Notes under the pieces: generated by a model
Databases searched by the model: none
Told to the model about the DNA's origin: nothing
The model's input: only the letters and a program-made list of their open reading frames with translations
Program-made: the position numbers and the translations under genes
Source of the DNA: Mobula hypostoma
Taxonomy: Eukaryota
Assembly: GCF_963921235.1 (NCBI RefSeq)
Contig: NC_086098.1
Coordinates: 8,866,001 to 8,930,000, forward strand
DNA length: 64,000 nucleotides
Reading direction: 5' to 3'
In this document: one piece after another, positions 48,139 through 62,373 of the stretch
Numbering within the stretch: position 1 is the stretch's first letter
How the letters are laid out: the number at the start of each line of letters is the position of its first letter

Positions 48139-48822
48139 ACCATATAACCATATAACAATTACAGCTCGGAAACAGGCCATCTTGGCGCTTCTAGTCCGTG
48201 CCGAACACTTACTCTCTCCTAGTCCCACCAACCTGCACTCAGCCCATAACCCTCCATTTCTTTCCTGTTGATATACCTATCCAATTTTACTTTAAATGAC
48301 AATATCAAACCTGCCTCAACCACTTCTGCTGGAAGCTCGTTCCACACAGGGACCACTCTCTGAGTAAAGAAGTTCCCCCTCATGTTACCCCTAAACTTTT
48401 GCCCTTTAACTCTCAACTCATGTCCTCTTGTTTGAATCTCCCCTATTCTCAATGGAAAAAGCCTATCCACGTCAACTCTATCTATCCCCCTTTTAATTTT
48501 AAATAACTCTATCAAGTCCCCCCTCAACCTTCTACGCTCCAAAGAATAAAGACCTAACTTATTCAACCTTTCTCTGTAACTTAGGTGCTGAAACCCAGGT
48601 AACATTCTAATAAATCTTCTCTGTACTCTCTTTATTTTGTTGACATCTTTCCTATAATTCGGTGACCAGAACTGTACACAATACTCCAATTTTGGCCTTA
48701 CCAATGCCTTGTACAATTTCAACATTACATCCCAACTCCTATACTCAGTGCTCTGATTTATAAAGGCCAGCATACCAAAAGCTTTTTTCACCACCCTATC
48801 CACATGAGATTCCACCTTCAGG
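48139..48822 (-). mobile_element. CR1 3' fragment
   Basis: ORF 48219-48899 (-) is an uninterrupted ORF2 C-terminus; (ATAACCAT)n tail. Confidence 0.9.
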
Positions 48823-49357
48823 GAATGTACAAACCCCTTACAAGCAATGGAGGGAGTTGAACCCGGGTCACTGGTACTGTACAGTGTTGTGCTGACCACT
48901 ACACTACCGTGCAGCCCGAAATATAGAAGGACATCACTTTAGAACAGAGATGGGGAGGAATTTCTTTAGCCAGAGGGTGGTGAATCTGTGGAATTCATGC
49001 AGCCATGGAGGATAAGTCATTACATATTTTTAAAGCAGAGGATCTTGATTAGTAAGGGTTTAAAAAGATACGTGAAGAAGGCAGGAGGATGAGGTTGAGA
49101 GGGATAGTAAACAAGCCATGACAGAATGGAGGAACAGGCTTGATAGACCTCTATCAAGTCACCTCTCATCCTCCTTGGGGAACCTTGCTGGAGTCATCAG
49201 AACCACAGGCACCTTACAGTCTGGACTGATGAACCTTAACACCAGGGTCACCAGGCCTGGTGAAGTCAGTGACCTGGTGACTTTGCAGAGTTTGCTTTTG
49301 AACCTGTTTGACTCCCTATCTGACTTTCAAATTTGGTTAGGAATAAAAACAAAAATA

Positions 49358-49908
49358 CAGTACCGTGCAAAGGTCATCAGCACATACAGTATATATAGCT
49401 AGGGTGCCTATGGCTTTGGCACAGTACCGTATTTGTCAACATGGAGCGCAGAACGAGTTTGTAAATCTGGTGGGAGCAAAGGATTTTGGGAATGGTAAGA
49501 GTTTAATGCCGCAAGAGGGGTGTGGGACAGGTGGCAGAGAAGCGCCAGACGTGGGGGGGGGGTGCGCAATGCGGGTGCAGACACACCCAGTCCTGAGACA
49601 CCAAGCAAGTTCATTTGATTCCAAACAACTGGTTTATTGATCTTTACAGAATGTCTCTCTGGTGCTTCCCACTACCTCCCATCTCCCTTCCCCTTTTCCC
49701 AACAATGATTCCCCTCTCCCTGCCCCCTTCCGACTCTCAGTCCACAACAGAGACACGTATCAGAATCAGGTTTACCATCACTCACATATGTTGTGATTTT
49801 TTTTTTGGCAGCAGCAGATCAGTAGAATACATAAAATTACTACAGCACTGTGCAAAAGTCTAACACTCCCTAGCTCTATATGTGTGCCTAAAACTTTTGC
49901 ACAGTTGG
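49358..49908. mobile_element. Tc1-like MITE
   Basis: TA|CAGTACCGTGCAAAGGTC ... AACTTTTGCACAGT, with additional internal TIR copies at ~49405-49428 and ~49843-49860. Confidence 0.6.
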
Positions 49909-49949
49909 TGCATAACAATCAATAAAGGATTCCTGGGAAAATAAATGGA

Positions 49950-52900
49950 AATAAGACCATAAGATATAGGAGTAGAATTAGGCCATTTGGCCCATTGAGT
50001 CTGCTTCACTATTTACTCATGGCTGATCCTTTTTCCCTTCCTCAGCCCTACCCCATGGCCTTCTCCCCGTAACCTTTGATGCCATGTCCAATCAAGAACT
50101 TATCAGGCTCTGTCTTAAATATATCCAACAACCTGGCCTCCACAGCTGTCTGAGGGAATAAATTCCACAAATTCAACACCCTTTGGCTAAAGAACTTTCT
50201 CCGCATCTCTGTTTTAAATGGACACCCCTCTATTTTGAGGCTGTTCCCACTTGTCCTAGACTCTCCCACCATGGGAAACAACTTTTCCACATCTACTCTG
50301 TCTAGGCCTTTGAACATTCGAAAGGTTTCAATGAGATTCAACCCCCTCATCCTTCTGAATTCCAGCGAGTACAGACCCAGAGCCATCAAACGTTCCTTGT
50401 ATGATAACCCTTCCATTCCTGGAATCATCCTTGTGAACCTCCTCTAAACCCTGTCCAATGCCAGCACACTTTTTCTTCGATGAGGAGTCCAGAACTGTTC
50501 AAATACTCAAGATGAGGCCTCACCAGGGCCTCATGAAGCCTCAGCATCACATCCTTGCTCTTGTATTTTAGATCTCTTGAAATGAATGCTGACATTACAT
50601 TTTCCTTCCTCACCACTAACTCAAACTGCAAATTAATCTTTAGAGTATTCTGCACAAGGGCTCCCAAGGCCCTTTGCACCTCAGATTTTTTTGATTTCCT
50701 CCCTATTTAGAAAATAGTCTGCACATTTATTTCTTCTACCAAAGTGCATGGCAATCATTTTCCAACATTCTAATTTATTTGCCACTTTCTTGCCCATTCT
50801 CCTAATCTAAGTCGTTCTGCAGCCGACCTGTTTCCTCAACACTACCTGCCCCTCCACCAACCTTCATATCGTAGAAACATAGAAAACCTATAGCACAATA
50901 TAGGCCCTTCAGACCACAATGCCGTGCCAAACATGTACTTACTTTAGGAATTAGCTAGGGTTACCCATAGCCCTCTAATTTTCTAAACTCCATGCACCTA
51001 TCCAGGAGCCTTTTAAAAGACCCTATTGTATCTGCCTCCACCACATCACCAGCAGCCCATTCCACACACTCATCACTCTCTGCATAAAAAACTTAACCCT
51101 GACATCTCCTCTGTACCTTTTTCCACGCACCTTAAAACTGTGCTCTCTCGTGTTAGCCATTTCAGCTCTGGAAAAAGATTCTGACTATCCACATGATCAT
51201 CTGCAAACTTGGCACAAAGCCATCTATTCCATCATTAAAGTCATTCATATACCGCATAAAAAGAAGTGGTCCCAACACCGACCCCTGTGGGACGCGACTA
51301 GTCACTGGCAGCCAACCAGAAAAGGATTCTTTTATTCCCATTCACTGCCTCCTACCAATCAGCCAATGCTCTAACCAAGCCAGTAACTTTCCTGTAATAA
51401 CATGGGCTCTTAACTTAGTAGGCAGCCTCATGTGTGGTGCCTTGTCAAAGGCTTTCTGAAAGTCCAGATATACAATGTTCACTGCATACCCTTTATCTAT
51501 CTTACTTGTAATCTCCTCAAAGAATCCCAACAGGTTCATCAGGCAAGATTTTTCCTTAAGGAAACCATGCTGACTTTGTCCTATCTTGTCCTGTGTCACC
51601 AAGTACTCCATAACCTCATCCTTCACAATTGACTCTAACATCTTCCCAAACACTGGAGTCAGGCTGACTGGTCTATAATTTCCTTTCTACTTCCTTCCTC
51701 CTTCCTTAAAAAGTGGAGTATCATTTGTAATTTTCCAGTCTTCTGGCACCGTGTCGGAGTTGAATGACCTTTGAAAGATCATTTCTAATGCCTCCCCATT
51801 CTCTACCGCTATCTCTTTCATAACCTTAGGGTGCAGTTCATCTTGTCCGGGTGACTTATCTACCTTCAGGTCTTTCAGCTTTTTGAGTAGCTTCTTCCTG
51901 TAATAGTAACTGCACTTCTCTTCCCTCACACACTTCAACATCTGGTACACTGCTAGTGTCTTCCACAGGCTCTTTTATTTTTTAACATATTTGAAAAAAG
52001 CTTTTAATATCCACTTGCTTTCATATTTCATAGAAACATAGAAACATAGAAAATAGGTGCAGGAGTAGGCCATTCGGCCCTTCGAGCCTGCACCGCCATT
52101 TATTATGATCATGGCTGATCATCCAACTCAGAACCCCGCCCCAGCCTTCCCTCAATACCCCCTGATCCCCGTAGCCACAAGGGCCATATCTAACTCCCTC
52201 TTAAACATAGCCATTGAACTGGCCTCAACTGTTTCCTGTGGCAGAGAATTCCACAGATTCACCACTCTCTGTGTGAAGAAGTTTTTCCTCATCTCGGTCC
52301 TAAAAGGCTTCCCCTCTATCCTCAAACTGTGACCCCTCGTTCTGGACTTCCCCAACATCGGGAACAATCTTCCTGCATCTAGCCTGTCCAATCCCTTTAG
52401 GATCTTATACGTTTCAATCAGATCCCCCCTCAATCTTCTAAATTCCAACGAGTACAAGCCCAGTTCATCCAGTCTTTCTTCATATGAAAGTCCTGCCATC
52501 CCAGGAATCAATCTGGTGAACCTTCTTTGTACTCCCTCTATGGCAAAGATGTCTTTCCTCAGATTAGGGGACCAAAACTGCACACAATACTCCAGGTGTG
52601 GTCTCACCAAGGCCTTGTACAACTGCAGTAGTACCTCCCTGCTCCTGTACTCGAATCCTCTCACTATAAATGCCAGCATACCATTCGCCTTTTTCACCGC
52701 CTGCTGTACCTGCATGCCCACTTTCAATGACTGGTGTATAATGACACCCAGGTCTCGTTGCACCTCCCCTTTTCCTAATCAGCCACCATTCAGATAATAA
52801 TCTGTTTTCCTATTTTTGCCACCAAAGTGGATAACTTCACATTTATCCACATTAAATTGCATCTGCCATGAGTTTGCCCACTCACCCAACCTATCCAAGT

Positions 52901-54345
52901 CACCCTGCATCCTCCTCACTGCTAACACTGCCACCCAGCTTCGTGTCATCCGCAAACTTGGAGATGCTGCATTTAATTCCCTCATCCAAGTCATTAATAT
53001 ATATTGTAAACAACTGGGGTCCCAGCACTGAGCCTTGCGGTACCCCACTAGTCACCGCCTGCCATTCTGAAAAGGTCCCGTTTACTCCCACTCTTTGCTT
53101 CCTGTCTGCTAACCAATTCTCCACCCACACCAATACCTTACCCCCAATACCATGTGCTTTAAGTTTGCACACTAATCTCCTGTGTGGGACCTTGTCAAAA
53201 GCCTTTTGAAAATCCAAATATACCACATCCACTGGTTCTCCCCTATCCACTCTACTAGTTACATCCTCAAAAAATTCTATGAGATTCGTCAGACATGATT
53301 TTCCTTTCACAAATCCATGCTGACTTTGTCCGATGATTTCACCACTTTCCAAATGTGCTGTTATCACATCCTTGATAACTGACTCCAGCAGTTTCCCCAC
53401 CACCGACGTTAGGCTAACTGGTCTATAATTCCCCGGTTTCTCTCTCCCTCCTTTTTTAAAAAGTGGGGTTACATTAGCACCCTCCAATCCTTTCATCTTT
53501 TTCCTCCTAATGATTCTTTTAATTGTTTTCTATAGGGTTTTAAGAGCTTCCTAATCCTCTGTCTTCCCACTAATTTTTGAGTTGTTGTGTACACTCTGGC
53601 ACGACATTGGCTTTGATTTCCCTTGTCAGCCACGGCTATGCTATTTTGCCATTTGAGTATTTCTTTATTTTTTTAAATACATTTATCCTGCAGCTTCTTC
53701 AATTTTCCCAGAAACTTACTGCAGCTCTGTTGTCATCCCTGCCAGCAGCTCCTTCCAATTTACTTTGGCCAACTCCTCTCTCTCACTGTAATTTCCTTTA
53801 CTCCACTGAAATACTGCTATGTCAGACTTTACTTTCTCCCTATCAAATTTCAAGTAAAACTCAATCATATTGTGATCACTGTCTCCTAAGGGTTCCTTTA
53901 CCTTAAGCTCCCTAATCACCTTCGGTTCATTACATAACACCCAGTCTAGTATAGATGATCCCCTAGTAGGCTCAACAACAAACTGCAAACTGCATTAAAA
54001 AGCCATATCATAGGCATTCAACAAACTCACACTCTTGAGATCCATTACCAACCTGATTTTCCCAATTGACCTGCATGATGAAGTTTCCCATGACTATCAT
54101 AACATTGCCCTTTTGACATGCCTCTTCTATTTCCCTTTGTAATCTGTGGTCTACGTCCCAGCTACTGTTGGGAGGCCTGCATATAACTGCCATCAGGGTC
54201 CTTTTACCCTTGCAGTTTCTTAACTCAATCCACAAGGATTCAACATCTTCGGGTCCTATGTCACAACTTTCTACTGATTTGATGCCATTCTTTGACAGCA
54301 GAGCCACAGCAACCCCTCTGCTGACCTTCCTATCTCCCCGATACA
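49950..54345 (-). mobile_element. Old CR1 (endonuclease to 3' end) with nested CR1 insertions
   Basis: [28 protein letters not shown] and RKFFSQRV on the minus strand; nested pieces at 50872-51195 and 52030-53491. Confidence 0.85.
52030..53491 (-). mobile_element. Young 5'-truncated CR1 (same subfamily as 2454-6756)
   Basis: ORFs 52900-53496 and 52152-52763 are near-identical to copies 1 and 2; TTTCAT duplicated at both ends. Confidence 0.93.
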
Positions 54346-55030
54346 ATCCTCCAAGTTGTAGACTACAGGAAGAATGGAGACAGGCTGACCCCTATTGACA
54401 TCAATGGATCTGGGTTTGAGAGGGTGAGGAGCTTTAAGTTCCTTGGAATACACATTTCCGGCTCTGTACTGAAAAATGCACAACAGTGCCTCTTTCACCT
54501 CAGACGGTTGAGCAAGTTTGGTAGGGGCCCCCAAAATCCTAAGGACTTTCTACAGGGGCACAACTGAGAGCATCCTGACTGGCTGCATCACTGCCTGGTA
54601 TAGGAACTGTACCTCCCTCAATCGCAGGACTCTGCAGAGAGTGGTGCAGACAGCCCGGTGCATCTGTAGGTTTGAGCTGTAGATGTGGTAGAATCTGTAG
54701 ATGTAGATGTAAAAAGGGCCCGAAGGATCCTTGGGGACCCGAGTCATCCCAACCACAAACTGTTCCAGCTGCTACCATCCGGGAAATGATACTGCAGCAT
54801 AAAAGCCAGGACCAATAGACTCTGGGGCAGCTTCTTCCACCAGGCCATCAGACTGATTAATTCATGCTGATACAGTTGTATTTCTATGTTATATTGAGTG
54901 TCCTGTTGTACATACTATTTATTATAAATTACTATAATTTGCACATTGCACATTGAGAGAGAGACATAATGTAAAGACTTTTACTCCTCATGTATATGAG
55001 GGATGTAAGTAATAAAGTCAATTCAATCCC
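54346..55030 (+). mobile_element. Rex1/Babar-like LINE 3' part
   Basis: SFKFLGIH, ESILTGCITAWY, SFFHQAIRLIN; AATAAAGTC(AATTC)n tail. Confidence 0.7.
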
Positions 55031-55682
55031 TCCAATTAACAAATTCTTATGTCTATAAGAACTCTCATGTCTACTCTTCATGGCTGAGAAATCACATCCA
55101 AAATAAATAGAAAAAAATAATCAAGGTGTATATTAATTACTGAGAGTACAATTCTTTAAAGCTTCCTTAAATGCATTCTAATCTAAAAGATCGGTTGAAC
55201 TGTGCCAGTGAGAAAGAATTATTTTCCATGAATATTTGTTTGATTTTGTTGTCCATTTCGCTCTGGTACCAATAACCATATGGTATGGAAAGTCTCCCTT
55301 CTTTCATCCAAGTAATACATAGTTCATTATGAATATGGTCGAGGCTGCCAGAAATCCAGAGCGGGTCCATGAGTTGATAACTTAGCTCTGGAGAAACATT
55401 CAGGCAAAGAATGTATCTTGGCAGCACCTCAGTCCAAAAACGAAGAGGACGAGGAGCCAGTCGTGAACTCTCAGAGCAGCAGCCTTGTCATGTGAAGCAG
55501 TGGAATGTACTATAAAGAGAAATTGGAGTCAATTGGAGTCAGAAAGGCAAAATAAATAGCAGTGCTGAAGATAATAGGCAGTGTGCCCAACATCCAAACA
55601 TAGCAGATACCACAGGGGAGAAGCCCTGAGCAGAAAGGAGAGAGGTTTGCAACCTTACAAACTGGAGAACAATACTGTAAAA

Positions 55683-56692
55683 TAGTGGCCACTTTATTAG
55701 GTACACCTATACTCTTATCATTAGATTATGAAGACACGCAGTCCTCTTTTGTTGTCATTTAGTAATGCATGCATTAAGAAGTGATACAATATTTCCTCTG
55801 GTGTGATATCACAAAACACAGGACAGACCAAGACTGAAAAAACTAACAAAACCACATAATTATAACATATAGTTACAACAGTGCCACAATACCATAACTT
55901 GATGAAGAAGTCCATGAGCACAGTAAAAGTTCAAGGTCTCTCAAATGTCTCACATCTCACGCAGACGGGAGAAGGAAGAAAAACTCTCCCTGCCATACCC
56001 GACCACGGTCCGACTCTGAGTCATCCGTAAACTTCGAGCTCTGATCAGCTCTCCGACACCGAGTACCGAGCGCCATCTCTATCCGAACGATTCCACCTCC
56101 ATCTCGGTCGCCAACAGTAGGCAAAGCCGGGGATTTTGAGGCCTACCCTCCAAAAGATTCCCGACCGCGCAGTAATGACAGCAGCGAATGAGCGTTACAG
56201 AAATATTTCCAGATGTTTCTCTGTGCTTTCACGTCCATCTCCATCAAATCAGAATTGTTTGATGCATTAATGCAAATATCTAATCAACCTCGCATGTGGC
56301 AGCAACTAAATGTATAAAAGCATGCTGTCAATGGTCAAGAGGTCCAGTTGTTGTTCAGACCAAACGTCAGAATGGGGAAGGAATATGATCGAAGTGATTG
56401 ACTGCAGAATGATTGTTGGTGTCAAATGGGGTGGTTTGAGTATCTCAAAAACTGCTGATCCTCTGGGGTTTTCACACACAACAGTCTCCAGAGTTTACAG
56501 AGAATGGGGCGAGACACAAAAAGAACATCCAATGAGCGGCAGTGAGTGGGTGAAAATGCCTTGTTCATGAGAGTTGTCAGAGGAGAATGGACAGACTGGT
56601 TCAAGCGGACAGGAAGTGACAGTAATTCAAATAACCACACCTTACAACAGGTGTGTGCAGAAGAACACCTAATAAAGCGGCCACTGAGTGTA
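55683..56692 (+). mobile_element. Tc1-like non-autonomous transposon with both TIRs, interrupted by a retroposon
   Basis: AGTGGCCACTTTATTAGGT ... ACCTAATAAAGCGGCCACTGAGTG|TA; transposase HTH remnant MIVGVKWGGLSISKTADPLGFSHTTVSRVYREW. Confidence 0.8.
55721..56258 (-). mobile_element. ~620-bp non-coding retroposon, copy 2 (5'-truncated)
   Basis: Reverse complement of the 3' part of 59552-60175; lacks the 5' ~85 nt. Confidence 0.8.
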
Positions 56693-56699
56693 TAAAGGG

Positions 56700-59600
56700 C
56701 CATAAAACATAGGAGCAGAATAAGGCCACTCGGCCCATCGAATCTACTTCGCCATTTGATCATGGCGGACACATTTCCCTCTCAATCCTATTCTCCTGCC
56801 TTCTCCCTGTAACATTTCATGCCCTGACTTTTCAAGACTCTATCAATCTCGGTCTTAAAGACACTCAATGACCTGACCTGGACACCCGCCTATGGCAAGT
56901 AATTTCACAGATTCACTAGATAGAGAGAGATAGATAGATAGATAGATAGATATTTTATGGATCCCAAAGGAAATTACAGTGTCACAGTAGCTTTACAAGT
57001 GCACAGATATACAAATATAGAAATATTAGAAGAAAAGTAAGAAAGTTTAAGTTACTTCAAACAGTCTAACAGGCAGTTGTCTAAGTCTATTACTAAAAGT
57101 GCTCCACTGTTCAGCCAAGGTGGCATGAGGAGGATGAGAAGCATTGTCCAGAATTGCCAGGATTTTCTGGAATGTTCTTTGTTCTACCACAACCTCCAAT
57201 GTGTCCAGTTTGACTCCTATAACAGAGCCAGCCTTTCTAATCAGCTAATTGAGCCTGTTGGCATCACCCACGTTCATGCCATTGCCCCAGCACACTACCA
57301 CATAGAAGATTGTACTGGTGACAACAGACTGGTAGAGCATGTGAAGGAGAGGTCTGTGTTCTCCAGAGGACCTCAGTCTCCTCAAGAAGTAGAGACAACT
57401 CTGACCCTTCTTGTACACAACTTCTGTGTCCGTGCTCCATCCAGGTGCACCCCCAGGTACTTATAGGTCCTCACCACATTCATGTTCTCGCCATCAATAG
57501 TAACAGGGAACAGTGCAGGCTTAGGCTTCCTAAAGTCCATCACCATCTCCTTTGTTGGGCTGCAGATGACTCAGTCCTACACCAGGGCCTGTGGCTGAAG
57601 AAATTCTTCCTCATCTCTGGACTAAACGGACATAGGTTGTGCCTTCTGGTACTAGACTTCCCCACTATAGAAAACATTGTCTCCACATCCACTTTATTGA
57701 TGCCTTTTGACATTCTAAAGGTTTCAATGAGATCCCCCCCGCCCATTCTTTTAAATTCCAATGAGTACAGGCCCAAAGCCATCAAACACACTTCATATGA
57801 CAATCCTTTTAATCGCAGAGTCATGTTCGTGAACCGGCTTAGAGCCCACTCCAGTTTCAGAACATCTGTTTTTAGATATGGGACCTAAAACTCCTCACGA
57901 TACTCCATGAGGCCTCACTAGTGCTTTATAAAGCCCCATCATTACATCTTTGCTTTTATATTCTAGATCTCTCAAAATGAATGCTCACATCGCATTTGAC
58001 TTCCTCAACACCGACTCAACCTGCAAACTAACCTTTAGGGAATCCTACACCAAGGCTCTCAAGTCCCGTTGCAACTCAGATTTTTGAATATTCTCCCCAT
58101 TTAGAAAATAGCCTGTGCTTTTGTTCCTTTGATCAAAGTGCATGACCATACACTTCCTGACACTGTATTCCACCTGCCACTTCTCTGCCCCTTCTCCAAA
58201 TCTGAACAAAACCTTCTGCAGTCTCCCTGTTTCCTCAGCAACACCTGCCCCTCCACCTATCTTCATATTGTCCACAAACATGGCCACAAAGCCATCAATT
58301 CCATCATCCAAACAATCGACATACAACATAAAAAGAAGAGGACCCAACACTGACCCTTGCAGAACAGCACAGGTCATCGGTAGCCAATCAGAAAAGGCTC
58401 CCTTTATTCCCACTCTTTGCTTCCAGCCAATTTTGGTATTGGCAATTTTCCAGTCTTCTGGAACTATTCCAGAATCTAGTGATCCTTGAAAGATCATCAT
58501 TTTAGAACCCTGGGGTGTACACCATCTGGTCCAGGTAGCTTACCTACCTTCACACCTTCCAGCTTCCTAAGGACGTTCCCCCTCATAATAGCAACTGCTC
58601 TCACTTCTGTCCCCTGACACTCTTGAACATCAGGCACACTGTTGCTGTCTTCCGCAGTGAAGATTGATGCAAAATACTTATTCAGTTCATCTGTTATTTA
58701 CTTGTTCCCATTACCACTTCTCCAGTGTCATTTTTCAGTGGTACAATATCTACTTTTGCCTCTCTTTTACTCTTTATGTATCAAAAAATATCTGCTTTCC
58801 TCTCTGATATTATTGGCTAGCTTGTCATCATATTTGATCTTTTCCCTCCTTATGGCATTTTTAGTAGTCTTCTGTGGTTTTTAAAATCTTCCCAATCATC
58901 TATCTTCACACTAATTGTTACTCTAATTCCTCCTCTTTTGCTTTTATATTGCCTTTGACTTCCCTCGTCAGCCAGGATTGCATCATCTTGCCTCTAGAGT
59001 ACTTCTTCTTCTTCAGGATCACTTCAGGATATACAACATCCACTGCATCCCTTTTACCTATCCTACCTGTAATCTCCTTAAGGAATCCCAACGGGTTCAT
59101 CAGGAAAGATTTTCCCTTAAAGAAACCATGCTGACTTTGTACTATCTCACCTGTGTCACCAAGTACTCCATAACCTCATCCTTAACAATTGACTCCAACA
59201 TCTTCCCAACCACTGAGCTCAGGATAACTAGTCTATAATTTCCTTTCTGCTGTCTTCCTCCTTTCTTAAAGAGTGGAGTGACATTTGCAATTTTCCAGTC
59301 CTCTGGCATTATGTCAGAGTCCAATGATCTTTGAAAGATCATTACTAATGCCTCCACAATCTCTACCACAATCTCCTTCAGAACCCTAGGGTGCAGTTCA
59401 TCTGTTCCGGGTGACTTATGTACCCTTAGGTCTTTCAGCTTTTTGAACACTTTTCCCTCATAATAGTAACTGGACTCTCGTAAATTCCCTCACACCCTTC
59501 AACATCTGGCACACTGCTAGTGTCTTGTACAGTGATGACAGATGCAAAATAGGCGGGAGGAGAAGATGGCAGCATGCCGTGCGCGCGCAGGTCTCCGGTG

Positions 59601-61860
59601 AAAAATGATATCGTATCCGTTAAATAGGGGCCGTGGACAATTCTGATTTGATGGAGACAGATGTGAAAGCACAGAGGAACATCTGGAGAAATTTCTGAAA
59701 CGCCGGTTCGCTGCCGCTGTTACTGCGCGATCGAGAATCTTCCGGATGGTAGGCCCCAAAATCCCCGGCTTTGCCCGCTACTGGCGACCGAGGCTGTGGT
59801 CGAATCGTTCGGATAGAGATGGTGCTCAGTACTCGGTGTCGGAGGCTGATCAGAGCTCGAAGTTTTCAGACAACTCAGAGTCGGACTGTGGTCGGGCATG
59901 GCAGGGAGAGTTTTCTTCCTTCTCCCGTCTGCGTGAGATGTGGGACTTTCGAGAGACTTTGAACTTTTTTACTGTGCCATGGTCTGTTCTTCATCAAGTT
60001 ACGGTATTGTTGCGCTGTTGTAACTATATGTTATAATTATGTGGTTTTTGTTAGCTTTTTCGGTCTTGGTCTGTCCTGTGTTTTTGTGATATCACACCGG
60101 AGGAATATTGTATCATTTCTTAATGCATGCATTACTAAATGACAATAAAAGAGGACTGCGTGTCCTCATAATCTAAAAAAAAATACTCATTTAGTTGATT
60201 TGTTCATCTGCCATCTTCTTGTCCGCTGTTATTATTTCTCCAGCCTTATTTTCCAGTGGTCCTACATCCACTCTCATCTCTCTTTTATTTTTATGTACTT
60301 GAAAATGCTTTTCTATTGACCTTCATATTGTTGACTAGCTTGCTTTCATATTTCATCTTTTCCCTTCTAATGATTCTTTTAGTTGCTCTCTGTAGGTTTT
60401 TAAAAGCTTCGCGATCATCTATCTTCCTGCCAATTTTTGCTTTGTTGTATGCCCTTTCTTTTGCTTTTACATTAGCTTTGAATTCTCTTGTCAGCAAAGG
60501 TTGTACAACTTTACCATCATTCCGTAGTATTTCTTTGTTTTTGGAATACATCTATCCTACATCTTCCTAATTTTTCCCAGAAATTCAAACCATTGCTGCT
60601 CTGCTGTCATCCCTGCAAGCAGTACCTTGCAATTTACTTTGGCCAACTCCTCTCTCATAACACTGTAATTTCCTTCACTCCACTGCTAGGTCAGACTTTA
60701 CTTTCTCTCTATCAAATTTCAAGTTGAACTCAATCATATTGTGATCACTGGTTCCTAAGGGTTACTTTATCTTAAGCTCCCTAATCACCTCCAGTTCATT
60801 ACATAACACCCAATCCAAAATAGCTGATCCACTAGTAGGTTCATCGACAAGCAGCTCTAAAAAGCCATCTCATAGACATTCAACAAATTCACTCTCTTAA
60901 GATCCATTACCAATCTGATTTTCCCAATCTACCTGCATGATAAAATCTCCCATGACTATCTTAACATTGCCTTTTTGACATGCCTTTTCTATTTCCCGAT
61001 GTAATCTGCTGTCCATCTACTGTTTAGAAGCCTGTATATACGCAACTGCCATTAGGGTCCTTTTACCCTTGTAGTTTCTTAACTCAGCCCACAAGGATTC
61101 AACATCTTCTGATCCTATGTCATATCTGTCTAATGATTTGATGCCATTCTTTGCCAGCAGAGCCTCTGCCTACCTTCCTATACCTCCAATACAATGTCCA
61201 ATACCAATCATCCAAGACCCTGAAGCACCAGCTTCTCAAACCACGCATTTATCTGCCAAGCCATCCTGTTTCTACCCTCACTGGTGCGTGGTACAGGTAG
61301 AAATCTAGAAATTACTATCCAGCAGGTGCTGCTTCTCAGCTTTCTGCCTGACTCTCTAAATTCTCTCTCTTCGGGACCTTTTTACTTTTCTTTCTTATGT
61401 GATTAGTACCAATATGTACCAGAACATCTGGCTGCTTCCCCTCCAAAATGCTGTGGAAGCGATAGAAGATATCCCTGACCCCGGCATCTGGGAGGCAACA
61501 TACCATCCAGGTGTCCTGTTGACATCCACAGAATCTCCTGTCTGTTCCCCTGACTATTGAGTCCCCTATCACTACCACTCCCCTCTTCTCCCTCCTTCCC
61601 TTCTGTACCATAGACCCATGCTCAGTGCCAGTAACCTGGTCTCCATGGCATTCTCCTGGGAAGTCACCCCCACAACAGTGTCCAAAACAGAATATTTATT
61701 ATTTGAGGGGAATGGCCACAGGGGTGCTCTGCGTTAACTGCCTATTCATCGTCCCATTCCTTCTCCTGACGGTCACCCAGCTACCCGCCTCCTGCAACTT
61801 AGGGGTGACTACTTCCCTGTAACTCCGATCAATGATCTCCTCACTCTCCCGTACAAACCA
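56700..61860 (-). mobile_element. Cluster of old CR1 fragments (3' end to ORF1) with a nested Rex1-like fragment (56920-57590)
   Basis: LQGSVLGPLLF, KSPGTD, GDSIVRG and HIGTN on the minus strand; (GATA)n tail at ~56920-56953. Confidence 0.75.
59552..60175 (+). mobile_element. ~620-bp non-coding retroposon, copy 3 (apparently full length)
   Basis: Starts GGCGGGAGGAGAAGATGGC and ends GAGGACTGCGTGTCCTCATAATCTAA; splits the host CR1 at AAAATA, which is duplicated. Confidence 0.8.
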
Positions 61861-62373
61861 AAAGTCACCCTTGGGCAAGGTGTAGCACATGCATAGCCCT
61901 TGATCAGGGTCACATGAAACCATGGGAGTAGGTGCTGGCAGTCATATGAGCAGCTGGTGCATTTCACACGAAGGCAATGACAAACCACTTCTGTGGAAAA
62001 GCTTGCCACCAGCAACCATGTTCATGGAAAAACCATAAATCGTACTTGGCAATTTTTCTACAGAAGTAGTCATAGATCATTCTCAAACAAGAGAAAATCT
62101 GCAGATGCTGTAAGGCCAAGCAACACACACAAAATGTACAGGCTGTGAGAACATGAGCAGCAAACCCATTTATTAGGCTCTTACTTAAACTGTAGGACAT
62201 AGGAGCAGAATTAGGCCATTTGGCCCATCAAGTCTGCGCAAACTTTCCATCATGGCTAGTTTATTATTCCTCTTAACTCCATTCACCTGCTTTTTCCCCA
62301 TAACTTGCCACAAAGCAGACAAAACTGGGCATTAAACTGTTAAAAGAGGAACTCAGTGTGTCAGGCAGCATCT

